Shown: positions 25,440-38,499, counted from the whole stretch's first letter. The stretch: DNA of 53,298 nucleotides, filler included, from Jimgerdemannia flammicorona (GCA_003990765.1; 2 parts of 2 records of this genome joined end to end with filler, not necessarily neighbours in it), one strand, 5' to 3'. The notes: a model not told the origin generated them from the letters alone. Translations and numbers: made by a program.

Positions 25440-26601
25440 CTTACTAGTCACAATAGTTTGATAGATAATCTTCTGAGTCCACTTTTCATAACTAATACTC
25501 TCTCTACCTTAGATTGATTTGTTATACATATTGTAGGGTAATGGAAGAGAGGCAATGGTGATGAGTTGCCCCTTTATCAGTATCAGATCAGTATATTCTC
25601 CACTTTTTTATGGTTTTTGGTGCCTTCAACTATATTTGGAGTATACCTATTTTGGTGTGGCACCTTCTTTCTTTTGCCATTGCCAATGAGATATCATCTC
25701 AATATATTATAGATTATATAGAAAGTTGGCTAACCTTGGGCATCAAGTACCCAATATAGGTTATCTGCAGGTCCTTGGTATCTATGGTGGGGCCCTCTGG
25801 CTTTGGTAAGCTTCCCAGTAAGTGCAGTTCTGATATAGGTGACTGTTTCTCAGATGATGTTGGGATGGGAGGAGAGATGGCCATTATAGATAAGAGGAAG
25901 AGTAATAACAGTAGATCAGTAGGGTACCAGGCTAGGGGTAGTCATCAGGACTGAAGCAGATACTGCTTCAGTGGGGCCTTTTGATTGGTATAGAATGGTT
26001 AGGTAGTAGGTATCACTCTTGGCTTTTTTTTGGTAATTTATGGGATTGGGCCCTGGTCATTGAGAAGGACTAGAGGGCTCAAGGCTACCTATATCAGACA
26101 TCTTGGCTGTATTTAACTAGAACTAAGAGCTGATATAGCAATATAATTGAGGCCCACAGGCTTGAGTATTGGGGGGTCTCCTTCTACCTTATATGTAAGT
26201 CCTCTACTTATCTTACTTGGGAGAATCAGGCCCTATCTACTGTTCTATACCTTATGAAGAGTTTTTTCTTTATCTGTCATTTCTACTTAGGGTAGCAGGA
26301 GCTATTCTATTTAGCTCAGACATGGTCTTATATATATATTGGGGTTTTGGGCATACACTTTCAGTCATTGATATATGGCTGAGTTCTCTCTAGTAGTAGA
26401 GAGAGTATAGTGCACAGAATGAGATATAGGCTACTATAGATTCTACTGTGCCTAGTATAGTCAAGCTACTAGACAATAGCTAGCTTAGGTTTAATGGGAG
26501 AGTGGTACTCAGTGGGTGGTGGGAGAGGGTTTTGGCCTATATAGTCTAGGTTCTCTTCCAATAAAAATCTGTGGAACTCTGAGTCTATAAAACAAAAAAA
26601 A
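25440..26601 (+). mobile_element. 3' part of an L1/Tx1-like LINE with A-tail
   Basis: G-rich decayed coding-like sequence ending AATAAA..CTGAGTCTATAAAACAAAAAAA, matching the tails at 47983-48033(+) and 32360-32385(-). Left boundary approximate. Confidence 0.6.
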
Positions 26602-26701
26602 NNNNNNNNNNNNNNNNNNNNNNNNNNNNNNNNNNNNNNNNNNNNTTAATTAATTAANNNNNNNNNNNNNNNNNNNNNNNNNNNNNNNNNNNNNNNNNNN
26701 N
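26602..26701. other. Assembly gap with artificial linker
   Basis: 100-nt N block containing TTAATTAATTAA (26646-26657), which gives stops in all six frames. Confidence 0.97.
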
Positions 26702-26790
26702 CCGTCTTGCCCGTCTTGCCCGTCTTGCCCGCCCGTGTTGCCCGTGTTGCCCGTGTTGCCCGTGTTGCCCGTGTTGCCCGTGTTGCCCGT
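26702..26790. repeat. 9-bp tandem repeat CCCGT(C/G)TTG
   Basis: Three CCGTCTTGC and six CCGTGTTGC units at the contig edge; CpG intact. Confidence 0.9.
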
Positions 26791-28209
26791 CTGGGCGCAT
26801 CACCCCTCGCGGCAGAGGGAGTTGTTGGCGAGCTTGCTGTTTGCCATTGCCTTAGTACCTTTCTCCAATAAACGACTTGAAAGTGTGTTGTAAAAGTGTG
26901 TGTAACGTGAATTGTAGCGGAGAAAGGTGTGGTAATATATCTCTTTAAAATATACTACATATGTATACTAGAAATATCAGATGATCAGCCTAATAATATG
27001 AGTATGAAAATAAATATAATAATTATAAATATTCTTTCACCCACAGTTGTAACTATCTCAATAAGTATAGAAAATACAGTTATAGTTATAAGTATGTATA
27101 AATAGAGCAAAGAGATCAATTCTGATCTTTGATGAGAAAGATTATATAATCTAAATATCTTATATAATGAATCTCTTTGACAAATATGACTTAGCAGAGT
27201 ATATAAAGCCATAAGTACTAATCTAAAATTATGATGATACAAATGATCACTGAGTATTATATAAGATTGTATTCATATTGTTGAATTCTCAAATAAAGCT
27301 TATAATATATACTACAATAGCTCATTAGACATAAGAAGCCTTATATAATCATTATATACAAATATTTATATTATATAAATAGTTTTCACCTGAAATCTAA
27401 ACTATTATTCAATTTACAAATAAAGTCTAAAGAGACCATTTATAAATATGGTAGTTATGTATATTAATAATCTGATAATTTTTTTTTTTTTTTTTTTCAG
27501 ACTTTATTATTTTTTTTCTCAGACTTTACTATTTATTACTAGTCTATTAAATATTAATATAGTACTCCAATCTACCACTTTACTCTCTACCCAATCTCTC
27601 AAGAGAGGTCCTTCTCTATACTCTTATACTTAAAGATCAATTACTATAACTCTCTTCTTACTTAGCTCACAAATCTTCTCAACTAAGTAGTACTGATAAC
27701 TTTTCTACAGATTCCATTCTCAACATCAATCCATCAAGATATCTACTATCAACTCTTCTCATCTTACTAGTTACTCTTTCAAACTCAATTACTTCTCTTT
27801 TTTAAAAACAAACAGCTGATATCTAGCCAACTCTACTTACAACATATATAGTCAATACCTACTTAACTATGAGCTACTTATTTCCAATTTTCTCTATCAA
27901 TCTATCTATCAAGTCTTCTCATCTATCTTACTCATTAACCTAGCTCCTCAATACTACCAGTCAAGGTTTAACTACTAACCAAAAGTCTCTAAGTATCTTA
28001 TATTTCTCAAGTCAATGTTTGGGTATCTATACAAATTCTTCTTCCTATTTTATATTATAGTACTTCTCATACTCAAATTATCTCCCTTCTATAAGTTGGT
28101 CTGAGTAAAAGTTAAGTATGATATTTTATCTCAATAAGTACTATCATATCACTCAGAACTTAGATAGTATCTAATACTGTATCTCTGTACTCTAAGTTAA
28201 GATTTTATT

Positions 28210-28220
28210 CTAGTCTCACT

Positions 28221-28265
<45 letters not shown>

Positions 28266-28285
28266 GTCTCTAGTCTCACTTCTTT
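28210..28285 (-). mobile_element. Extremely 5'-truncated LINE insertion with TSD
   Basis: CTAGTCTCACTTCTTT duplicated at 28210-28225 and 28270-28285 around a ~40-nt T run plus ATAGTCT(C), the reverse complement of the LINE terminus GAGACTAT(A)n seen at 32360-32383. Confidence 0.85.
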
Positions 28286-31200
28286 CTAATACCTGTCATC
28301 TACCAGCCACTAGATCATATATTCTATCTTAACTCTCTCTAGCACTCTATCTTATTATCAATATTGAAGTCAATTAGTAGAGTACTCTCTAACAATATAT
28401 AGTCTCATCTCTATATTACTAGATCTTAAGGTATCTCTTCCTCAGCCCTTTGCCAGTGGAGGCTGGTGTAGTGTACTCTATTAACTATCCTCTACCAGAA
28501 GCTCTTATATGGTATATATCTACTACTTCTAAGTCCTATCAAGGATAATAGATCTCTAAATAGGCCTCTTGATGAAAACCTTATCTCTCAGATCTTTGAA
28601 TCAGAGATATCCAGTCCCTCTCTCTTAGTTCTACAGCTCTCTTTAACTAACATACTTATAGGTAATAAAGTCTCTTCAAGAAGTCAACTAGTTTAAGACC
28701 TTCTCTCTCTACTGATATTGACAGAATCTTCCAGCTAATCTGACTTCTTTTCTCAGTTCAGATCTAGTCCTTGGCTAGCTTCAAAAGTCTCTTCATCACC
28801 CAGACTAGAAAGTTTAAGTGATACATATACTAGATACTATAGCTTTGAAAGCTAGTAAATATTCAGAATTGAAATATAGTCTGCTAAAGAAATATAGCAA
28901 CCTCTCTAGCTCTATAAGGCCTTCCTATAAATAGTAACTCTCTGCTCTTACCAAGCTCTAGATAGAATAGATTTATAGACTAAGAGAAAATATCCAAGTA
29001 CTATACAGCTTCACCAGCTGAGACAATTATTCCAATGATATCTTCTCCTACTAGACTATTGTCTAATACTATCATTTTATAATTTTACCAGTTAAGTCTC
29101 ACTCTAAAGTAAGTCTTATATTACTCTACTGTCTCCTAAAGGATATCTATATTAGTAATTGACCAAAGGTCCACTATTATGTCATCTATAAAAATATAGT
29201 ACATAGTTCTGAGAAAGTTCTATATTTTGGTAAGTTTGACTATATCAGCATTAGTAATAGTGGCTATATTGAACTTATCTCTAGTAGGTTCTTTGAGACT
29301 GACAGATAGAAGGGCTAATTGTATATTACATTAAGGATAAAGTATATAAAATAAGAGATAGTAGGCCCTTCTGGAGAATACATACCTCTATCTAGAGAAA
29401 ATATTACTATCTAATGATCATTATATATAAGTACCACCCTACTTTCTTTTAGTAGACTAATTATTAACTCTCAGAATAACTAAGAGACTCTAATTTTATC
29501 TAATATCTCTACCAATCAAATCTACCAAACATGACCATAAGTCTTCTTCTGATTCAGAAAGATCAATTTCCTATTCAGCCCACAAACTCTAGCTCTCTCA
29601 ATAATACTATAAACCCAAGTAGTACTATTTCTGATATGCTGGCCCCCAACAAAGCCCCACTGCTCTTTACCTAGGATTTACTAAGCTACCTTTTACAGTC
29701 TTATCACAACTATCTTGATGACCATCTTTCTGTCAATATCTAGAAATATGATTGGTTACTAGTTCTTTCAATTTTCTCACCTACTCTTGTTCTTATATAA
29801 CAGTACTACCAATCCCAGGTTCTACTCTCCCACTTACTTCCCTAACTATAATATCAAGTTATTATTTCTCTCAGTACTTTAGAGACTCTTATCATCTTCT
29901 TTCAGAAGTCTCAAAGCAGAGCATTCTCACTTATTACAGTATCTATTAAAGTCACAATAAGAATCAGGAGAATTTCTTCTTTTGAACTAATAAAACTAAG
30001 TTACCTAGCCTCTACTTATAGTAAATATTACTCTTTTAAAGTATTTGCAATAGTGACTATATCAGCCCCACTCTTTTTCTCACTCCATACACTACTCCAC
30101 CTTTTCTATAGCAAGTACAAAATATTTTATCAGCCATACACTAGTAGTCTATTAGTACCTAGTACTATCTCTCACTACTGTTTGATCTTTCTTATCTATA
30201 GGAATCTCAAAAGATACTTAGAGGGCCTCTGACCTCTGCCAGCATAGCAATATAGCCATTTCTCATACATGGGTCTCCTCTTCCTCTTTCAACATCTGTT
30301 ATAACTCAATAATCTCTAGTCTCACTTACAGCAGCCTTCAATCCTCAACTCTCTCTAAAGTCAAGAGATCTACTTAATTATTCTTAAGCCAGACTAATCT
30401 AGAAGATATCTAGGCTACTCTTCTCTATCACTATCTTCTAGCCACCTTATTGATATTATTTAAGTAATTCTGAGTAGTCTCCTTTAACCTCACCTACTGA
30501 ATATCTACAGAGATATTCTTATGAATCCAACTATTTACTTTCTGCCCAATATCCTCAGCTCAAGTATCTCACAATCTCTTCTTAACTAATAAGGAGAAAT
30601 TAAAATACTAATATCTAAGTCCATCTCTACTGCCCCCAAATCAACTATTCTCTAACAAATCCCAGTAGTCTGATTAAAGATACTATTCAATCTCCAGTGA
30701 CTTCAAGATATCTTGATCCTAATAATCAGCAGTTAGTACTTAATCTAAGTCTATCAACCCAATGAGTATAGATGCTCCTATTTTCCCATATTACTTGACT
30801 AATATCCATTTAGGATCCAAGTTACTCTACTTCCTCCAAATTCTTAAGATTACTATTTATATCTATGATATTTCTTTCTCCATCTATTCTGTCTATCTGT
30901 ACTGATAATATTATATTGAAGTCTTCTTTCAGTATATTCACTCCAGTCTCTATAAGTATATGTATAACTATTCAGAAGACCTACAATCTACTCCATATAC
31001 TCACTCCTAATAGCAAGATAGTAGTAAGATATAACTACAATCAGCTCTCACTCTGGCCAAATATCATTGTTTCCAAACTAGTTAATTCTTCCAATTCCTA
31101 CTGTTAGATATTTCATCTTGCTCTTTCCATATCAATATCCTGACATTATCCATCTATACAGCTTCTCTTCTCTATTCTCTTATCCACTTCTATCAATCTA

Positions 31201-31372
31201 GATATTCTTCATATTGTATATTCTATAGAAGAAAAAGATCAGCTTTTAATCTCTTTAGTCAAGTAAAAATATTATATCATCTCTGAGTATCTCTCAAGTC
31301 ATTCACATTTAATAAATTTTTTTTGATTATACTGTTAATGGAAAATAATATTAAAATAAATATATACTCTTC

Positions 31373-31736
31373 TAGTACTCTCAAATGAATATTCAAATCC
31401 AATTGAAGTAGATATATATAGTATTTGAATCAAATTGATTAAATTTGATTCAAATATTATTTGATTTCGAAATTAGAACATAAATATTTTCCTCAATAAC
31501 TTCATGAGGTTTTATCTAATTTCGGTAGCCTTGATGTCATTGGAAAGCCATTATAGAGGACTTTCTAATTATACTAGTTTCATCAAAATTGGATGAAAAC
31601 TTATAGAGTTATTGAGGAAAATGTTTGTGTTATAATTTTAAAATTAAAATAATATTTGAATTGAATCAAATCAATTTGATTCAAATACCATATATGTCTA
31701 CTTCAATTGATATAAATATTCATTTTAGAAGTACTA
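31373..31736. mobile_element. hAT-type MITE, 364 bp
   Basis: TIR TAGTACTCTCAAATGAAT versus hAT TAGTGCTCTCAAATGAAT; 8-bp TSD TACTCTTC at 31365-31372 and 31737-31744; ~130-bp inverted arms. Confidence 0.95.
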
Positions 31737-32359
31737 TACTCTTCACAACTCCATATTCTGCATCTCTCTAGCTAAGTCCAATATATGTTCTCTAGAACTC
31801 TTCTCTTACTTGACCTGCTTAGCCTCTAGTCTAACCAGAAGTTCATTTATTATTGTATTATCCTTTAGCTTCATCTCCTCTCAGTACTCTAGGAAAATCT
31901 TCTGCCACATCTCTAGTCTATACCTCTGTTCCCACCAATAGGCTGCTCTCTCTCTCACAGGTACTACTATTTATGCCTCTCTTGTCTTATCAACCTCATA
32001 GTCTTTCTCATCCAGAAAAACTGCCAATATCTCTATTATAAAGATCTCTACAATATCTTCCCCCTATAATATGCTCTCTTAGTACTTCATACCAATATAT
32101 AACTTACAAATTTATATTCTATAAATTTTCAACTACTAGTTATTCATTACCTAAAACATCTACTATAAGTCTCCAATCTTCTTATCTCTAGGGGTTACTG
32201 GTCAGCCAACCCTCAGTATTACCATATCTATCTCTATATTTGCAGACTCATCCCACTTCTTTTCAGGAATATTTCCCAGCTTATTCTCTCTAACCTCAAT
32301 TATATATCTGTCACTTACTATATATGTATCTCAGATACTCTAAACTGAATATGTCAAGT

Positions 32360-34365
32360 CTTTTTTTTTTTTTTTATAGTCTCTTGGACTGCGAATCTAT
32401 AGTGTTTACAATATAAGTCACCCACCCATTCAACCAATGCCCCGGGGGCCCAACCCCCCTCCCTCAACCTCCCTCTGCCCAAGCACCACCTGATCACCCA
32501 CAGCCTGGACCCTATGACACCATGCACCCATGCTGTCTCATCCTGTATAAGTCTTTCTCTAACAAAGCCCTGCTGCTTCTCCCCCAGCACCTGTTGGGCA
32601 ACTTTCTGCAGCTGTGCGACAATCACCTTAGTCACCATCTTCCTGTCCATATCCAGAAGCATGATCAGTCTCCAATTCTTCCATCTTCTCTCCTCTCCTT
32701 GTCTTTGTACAATAAGGCCACCAGCCCAAGATCCTGCTCTCCAACCTACTCACCATTCTGAAGAACATGGTCACAGAGAGCAGCCATCTCACCCAAAACT
32801 CCAGGGACCCTCACCATCTTCTTTCAGAAGTCCCACAGTAACCCATCATCCCCAGGCACCATCTCAAGCTTAGTTGCTACAAGGATACTCTGGATCTCCT
32901 CTCCTTACACCAGTAAGATCAAGTCCCCCAGTCCTTCTATCTGCAGCAGTCTCCACTCCTCAAGTGTATCTTCAATTGTCTCCTCATCAGCACCCCCTTC
33001 TCCCTCACTCCACAAACCCTATCATCTCTCCTTCAATACCTCTAATATTGGTTGTGTACTATGCACTATATCCCCTTTGGCATCTAAAACCCCATCCCAC
33101 TTATGATACGCCCTCCTAGCTTTGAGGAGTCTTATCAAGTACCTAGTAGGCTGCTCACCCTCCTCAAGTCCCTGCCACCATAGCCTGGTAGCCATTTCCC
33201 TCATGTGAGTCTCCTCCTCCACTCTCAACACCTGTTGCAGTTCTACTATCTCCAATTTCACCCACTCTAACCTCCAATCCTCCACTCTATCAGAAGTAAG
33301 CAAATCTGCCCAATCTATTTGCAGTCTCCTCAACCTGCTGGAAGCACACTGCATGCACTTCCTCCTCTGTCTCCCAGCTTCTCTACCAGCTCCTCCCCAA
33401 TAGACCCTTGTAGCCTCTTTTAATCTCATCCAGCAGACACCCACAGACAACCCCTTCTGCCTCCAGATAAAAACCTTCACCTGAATGTCCTCTACCCATG
33501 AGTCCCACAACCTCTTCTCAGCCAGCAGGGAGGAGTTAAGGTGCCAATGTCTGGGTCTATCTCCACTTCCCCCAAACTGCCCCTGCCCAAACAGTCTTCT
33601 GTAATCAGACCATGGGCACCACTCTACCTCCAATGTCTTCCAAACATCTGAACCCCAACACTCAGCCATCAGAATCTAGTCAATCCTTGTACCCAAGCCA
33701 TTCACCCAATGTGTGTAGACCCGGGTATTGCCCTATCACATTCTTCCCATATCTCTTAAGGAGCTCAAATTCTCCACCTTCTCCCATACATCCAGACCTC
33801 CACTTCTCTCCCCTGCATTCCTTCCACCATCAGTTCTATTCAGATGCTGATCCCAAACCATATTAAAGTCTCTACCAAGAATATCGACCCCTTCCTCCAA
33901 GAGAATACCCTCCTCCAGCAGCTCCCTAATCTATACCATTCTCTTGCCCCTAACTGCTGGGCAGTAGTAAGAGCCAACCCTCACTGACTCCCATTCTGGC
34001 TGATGCCAATCTCCCCAGACCAAGTGATCACCCCAGCTCTTGATTCCCCCCAAGTCTCCTCTACCCTTCCTCATCAGAATTGCCACTTTTCCAAACCAAG
34101 CAGTAGCCCCACCCCATTCCCTAGTCCACTCCACCCTATCATCCTCATCCTTACACTATACATCCTATAGTAAAAAGAGATCAGCCTCCAGTCCCTTGAG
34201 CCAAGAAAAAATGGTCTTACACCTTCCAGATCTCCTTAACCCATTCACATTCAAAGAGAAAATATTGGTTGTACTATTCATAAGAAATAATGTTATATCA
34301 TGATACAAGTCCACATTTGGCTCCTCCTGCACCAAGTCCAAGTTATGTTCAGCAGCTAGTTCCTT
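32360..34365 (-). mobile_element. L1/Tx1-like LINE, internally deleted or rearranged
   Basis: EN IFSLNVNGLRR (~34260), GSYYCP, RIDWI-like, PWSDY; linker WHLNSSLL, EGEQPTRY; RT N-part WRLIMLLDMDRK..QQGFVRERLIQD..WVHG joined at ~32500 to a ~140-bp 3' end and poly-T 32360-32375. Confidence 0.88.
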
Positions 34366-36350
34366 GTGGCCTTAAATAGATTACCAAAAGTGGCCTTAAA
34401 TTGTGTTCTCGAGTGGAAGTGGGGAAGGACCTCAATTCCACTCAACCCACTCAATCCACCTCTACCTTCCCCCACTTCTACTTGATCTACCTCCACTCCA
34501 CCTTGAGGAAGTGGGGGGAGGTGGATCAGGTGGAAGTGGGGGAAGGTAGATCAGGTGAAATGGCTCCCCTTTGCCATCAATTACCATAATTGTTCCCCTT
34601 TGCTGAATTCCCCAAATTCTCCTTCAAGTGGCTTTAAATCGATTACCAAAAGTGGCCTTAAATCATGTTCTCAAGTGGAAGTGGAGAAGGACCTCAATTC
34701 CACTCAATCCACTTGATCCATCTCTACCTTCCCTCACTTCCACTCAATCCACCTCCACTCTGCCTTGAGGAAGTAGGGAGAGGTGGATTGGGTGGAAGTG
34801 GGGGAAGGTAGATCAGATGGAATGGCTCCTCTTTACCATCAATTACCAAAATTGTTCCCCTTTACTGAATTTCCCAAATTCTCAAAGTGGCCTTAAATTG
34901 TGTCCTTGAGTGGAAGTGGGGAAGGACCTCAATTCCACTCAATCCACTCAATTCACCTCTATCTTCCCCCACTTCCACTTGATGCACCTCTACCTTCCCC
35001 CACTTCTACTCGATCCACCTCCACTCCACCTTAAGGAAGTGGAGAGATGGATCAGGTGGAAGTGGGGGAAGGTGGATTGGGTAGAATGGCTCTCCTTTGT
35101 CATTGATTACCAAAATTGTTCCCCTTTGCTAAATTCCCCAAATTCTCCTTCAAGTGGCCTTAAATTGTGTTCTCGAGTAAAAGTGGGGAAGAACTTCAAT
35201 TCTACTCGATCCACCTCTACCTTCCCCCACTTCCACTCGATTCACCTCTACCTTTCCCCACTTCCACCTGATCCACCTCCACTCTACCTTGAGGAAGTAG
35301 GGGAAGGTAGATCAGGTGGAATGGCTCCTCTTTGCCTTCGATTATCAAAATTGTTCTCCTTTGCCAAATTCCCCAAATTCTCCTTCAAGTGACCTTAAAT
35401 CGATTACTAAAAGTGACCTTAAATTGTGTTCTCGAGTAGAAGTGGGGAAGGACCTCAATTCTACTTGATCTATTTGATCCATCTCTATCTTCCCCCACTT
35501 CCACTCAATCTATCTCTACTCCACCTTAAGGAAGTGGGAGAAGGTGGATTGGGTGGAATAGCTCCCCTTTGCTATTGATTACCAAAATTGTTCCCCTTTG
35601 CCAAATTCTCCAAATTCTCCTTCAAGTGGCCTTAAATCGATTACCAAAAGTAACCTTAAATCATGATCTTGAGTGGAAGTGGGGAAGGACCTCAATTCTA
35701 CTCAATTCAGAACAATTTTGGTAATCAATGGCAAAGAGGAGCCATTCCACCTGATCCACCTTCCCCCACTTCCACCCAATCCACCTCCCCCCACTTCCTC
35801 AAGGTAGAGTGGAGGTGGATCAAGTGAAATTGAGGTCCTTCCCCACTTTCACTCAAGGACACGATTTAAGGCCACTTTTGGTAATTGATTTAAGGCCACT
35901 TGAAGGAGGGGAACAATTTTGGCAAAGGGGAGCCATTCCACCTAATCCACCTACTTCACCTCAAGGAAGTGGGAAGAGGTGGATTGGGTGGAAGTGGGTT
36001 GGGTAGAAGTGGGTTGGGTGGAAGTAGGTTGGGTGGTAGTGGGAGATTGGGTGGAATGGCTCCCCTTTGCCTTGATTATCAAAATTGTTCCCCTTTGCTG
36101 AATTCTCCAAATTCCCCTTCAAGTGGCCTTAAATTGATTACCAAAAGTGGTCTTAAATCATGTTTATCTTTGCCAATTTCCCCTTCAAGTGGCCTTAAAT
36201 TGATTACCAAAAGTGGCCTTAAATCATGTTCACCTTTGCCAAATTCCCCTTTATGTGGCCTTAAATTGATTACCTACTTCCATCGATCTATATTACCTCC
36301 ACCTTCTTCCACTTCCACTTGATCCACTTCTATCTTCCCCTACTTCCACT
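34365..36350. repeat. Left array of ~240-270 bp hairpin-forming repeat units
   Basis: AAGTGGCCTTAAAT..GTGGAAGTGGGGAAGGACCTCAATT..C-rich..G-rich..ATTACCAAAATTGTTCCCCTTTG units start near 34365, 34626, 34884, 35151, 35386 and 35624; inverted block ~35708-35960. Confidence 0.92.
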
Positions 36351-36420
36351 TGATCCCTATTTATTGAATATATTTGATAAGATAGTGTTATTTATACAAT
36401 ATATCTGGTAGCTAATTCTA

Positions 36421-38448
36421 AATAATCTGAGAGACATGTCGATGTGAATGATATTTTTTAACATCATTTTCTATATCTGCTAATATAAGTCTTTTTTGAT
36501 ATATATTCATATATTTTTATGAATGATATGCATATTTTCTAATTGTAATAAGATCAACAGAGGCTAAAGCTTTTGGAATATTTTGCTTCAATCCAGTCCA
36601 TGTATAATTGCAATGAGTTCTAAATATTATAAATAATAAATATAATAATTAATATATATATATATTACATACCTATAATACTTTTTGCATTACTCCAAAA
36701 ATATTCAATATAATTAAGTTCACAATGGAACTTAGGATAAAAAATACATTTATGCCCTAAGTTTTCAATAATTTCTTGAAGAAGTGGCTTCCGTACTTTA
36801 AAATCTTCTTGATGAGATGGAATTTGTACAGTATAACAATCTTCTTTCTTGCATTTTTCCTTACATTTTCTTTTTAAATCTTTTTTCCAAAGATTTCTTT
36901 CTTCAAGTACTTGTTGTAAGCCCTTTACTTTATCACACAGTTTAACAATTTTATATTTCTTTAGAAATATCATTTCTTGAGTAATATTGTTAAACTTTGT
37001 AGTTCTCATAAGTGGCTGTTTTCCACCAGATCCAAGATTCATCTTGTGAGCAAATAAAGCATCTGATGTACATATACATTGAATGTCCTTGACTATAATC
37101 AAATGCAAATACTGCCACACAGTTGGGATGATTAGTATTGAAAATTAGAATAGCATTTTCTTGAATCTAATTATATAATATTAATTTATATTATAAGTTT
37201 TTATTAATATATTATTAAATTAAATTGTTATTATATATATATATACATATCTGATCTATTAGATGATTTCCAGTCAAATAACCTTTCTTAGCTTTTCTAA
37301 TTTCAAGTAGACAACAAGCTTCTCTTGGAGGCTTTGGATCTTTCATATCTTTATATTGTTCTTCAGATATAGCCAGCCTTCTAACAGTATCCAGAAGAAA
37401 GTCACTAACCATTATACTAGCACCTCTACTTTTTTTTCTAAGTGGAAATTGTCCTTTAGGTCCCCATCCATAGTTTAAATCATCATTAGAATTGAAAGTA
37501 GCCTCATCATGTGTTACTAGAATATGTTGTTGTCTAAGAGGAATAGTATGTTGTAATGGTTGAAAATCTTCATCATATTGAACCATAAATGGTTTCCAGT
37601 CAGCCATCTGCTTTAAAAATTATTCACAGGATACTTTAATATCATCTCTTTCATGACCATCAATATAAAGTCCTTTTCTGTGCCTACTATAAGTATAGCC
37701 CATCTGTAGCATCTATCTTCTTGCTGTATCTTCATGAATTTGTATAGATTCTGCTGATGTTGAAAGAATCTCTTTTTCTAAATATTTTTTAAGAGACTTT
37801 GGAGTAGCAGTAAACTTATTATTTTCTAAATAAGTTTTAACTGCAAGTTTAATGTTTTTATCTTTAAGAAGACTTTTCTTCTTAGTATATCATTCTTGCT
37901 GAGAAATAAGAAGAGTTCTGTTGTTAATCCAATTTTGTATCCATCTTCTTAAAAGCTTTGCATAGTATAAGCCTTTATTGATACTTTCTGTAATCAGATG
38001 ACTAGCTTGAGAAGCACTCCTATTATTATTTCTAAATATTATATATTATGATATATGCATGTATTTTGAAATAGAATTTGGAGATAGATTCTCTAAATTC
38101 TTCATATGTATATCAAGTGCAATAATATGAGATTTCCAACTATTATCAGCTTTTTTATCTCTATCTTCATTATCTTCTTCATCTTTATCATCATCATCAT
38201 CTTCATCTCTATCTTCATCTTCATCTGTATTTTCATCTTCAACTATATCTTCATATTTATCTTCATCCTCTTCCTCTTCTCCTTCTCTCTTATCATCATC
38301 ATCTATATTATAATTATAATTATAATTATAATTAATATATTATAAAATCAATAATATTTATATAATAATATTTATCTATAATCTCTTCTTCAAGTTTACT
38401 TTTTTGTAAACTTTGTAAGTGCTGAGTTTGTTTAGATAGTCTTGGCAT
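36421..38448 (-). pseudogene. IS630/Tc1/mariner-like DDE transposase with introns and an acidic N-terminal tract
   Basis: ATG at 38448 (MPRLSKQ); D/E tract 38140-38305; KGLYIDGHERDD; LVTHDEATF; RKKSRGASIMVSDFL; VFAFDYSQGH; MNLGSGGKQP; KGLQQVLEERNLW; IFYPKFHCELNYIEYFW; C-terminal KKYHSHRHV. GTATGT intron donors near 37250 and 36672. Confidence 0.88.
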
Positions 38449-38499
38449 TTTGTTATAACTAAAAAAAATATGAATTTAATAATTTAGTAAGATCATCTA

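Larger units (their letters stand above)
27480..32350 (-). mobile_element. L1/Tx1-like LINE, heavily mutated (ORF1 3' part, ORF2, poly-A)
   Basis: Poly-T at 27480-27497; decayed RT motifs LIFLNQKKTY (~29540-29575) and IDDII (~29180); EN start LLNVNDLR (~31295-31318); ORF1 remnant 31745-32350 similar to 44900-45250; hosts the 28210 insert and the MITE. Confidence 0.82.

Noticed and set aside
26646..26657. TTAATTAATTAA palindrome
   Set aside because: It is embedded in Ns and is an artificial six-frame-stop scaffold linker.
26702..26800. Collagen-like (GQH)n/(GQD)n ORF on the minus strand
   Set aside because: Only about nine triplets, broken by a 4-nt frameshift, and truncated by the gap.
26930..27480. 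AT-rich stretch with a short ORF at 26985-27242
   Set aside because: Looks like a heavily mutated TE relic; no motif could be recognised, so it is left unannotated.
38106..38345. Hydrophobic Ile/Phe-rich membrane-protein ORF
   Set aside because: It is the antisense reading of the Asp/Glu tract of the minus-strand transposase.
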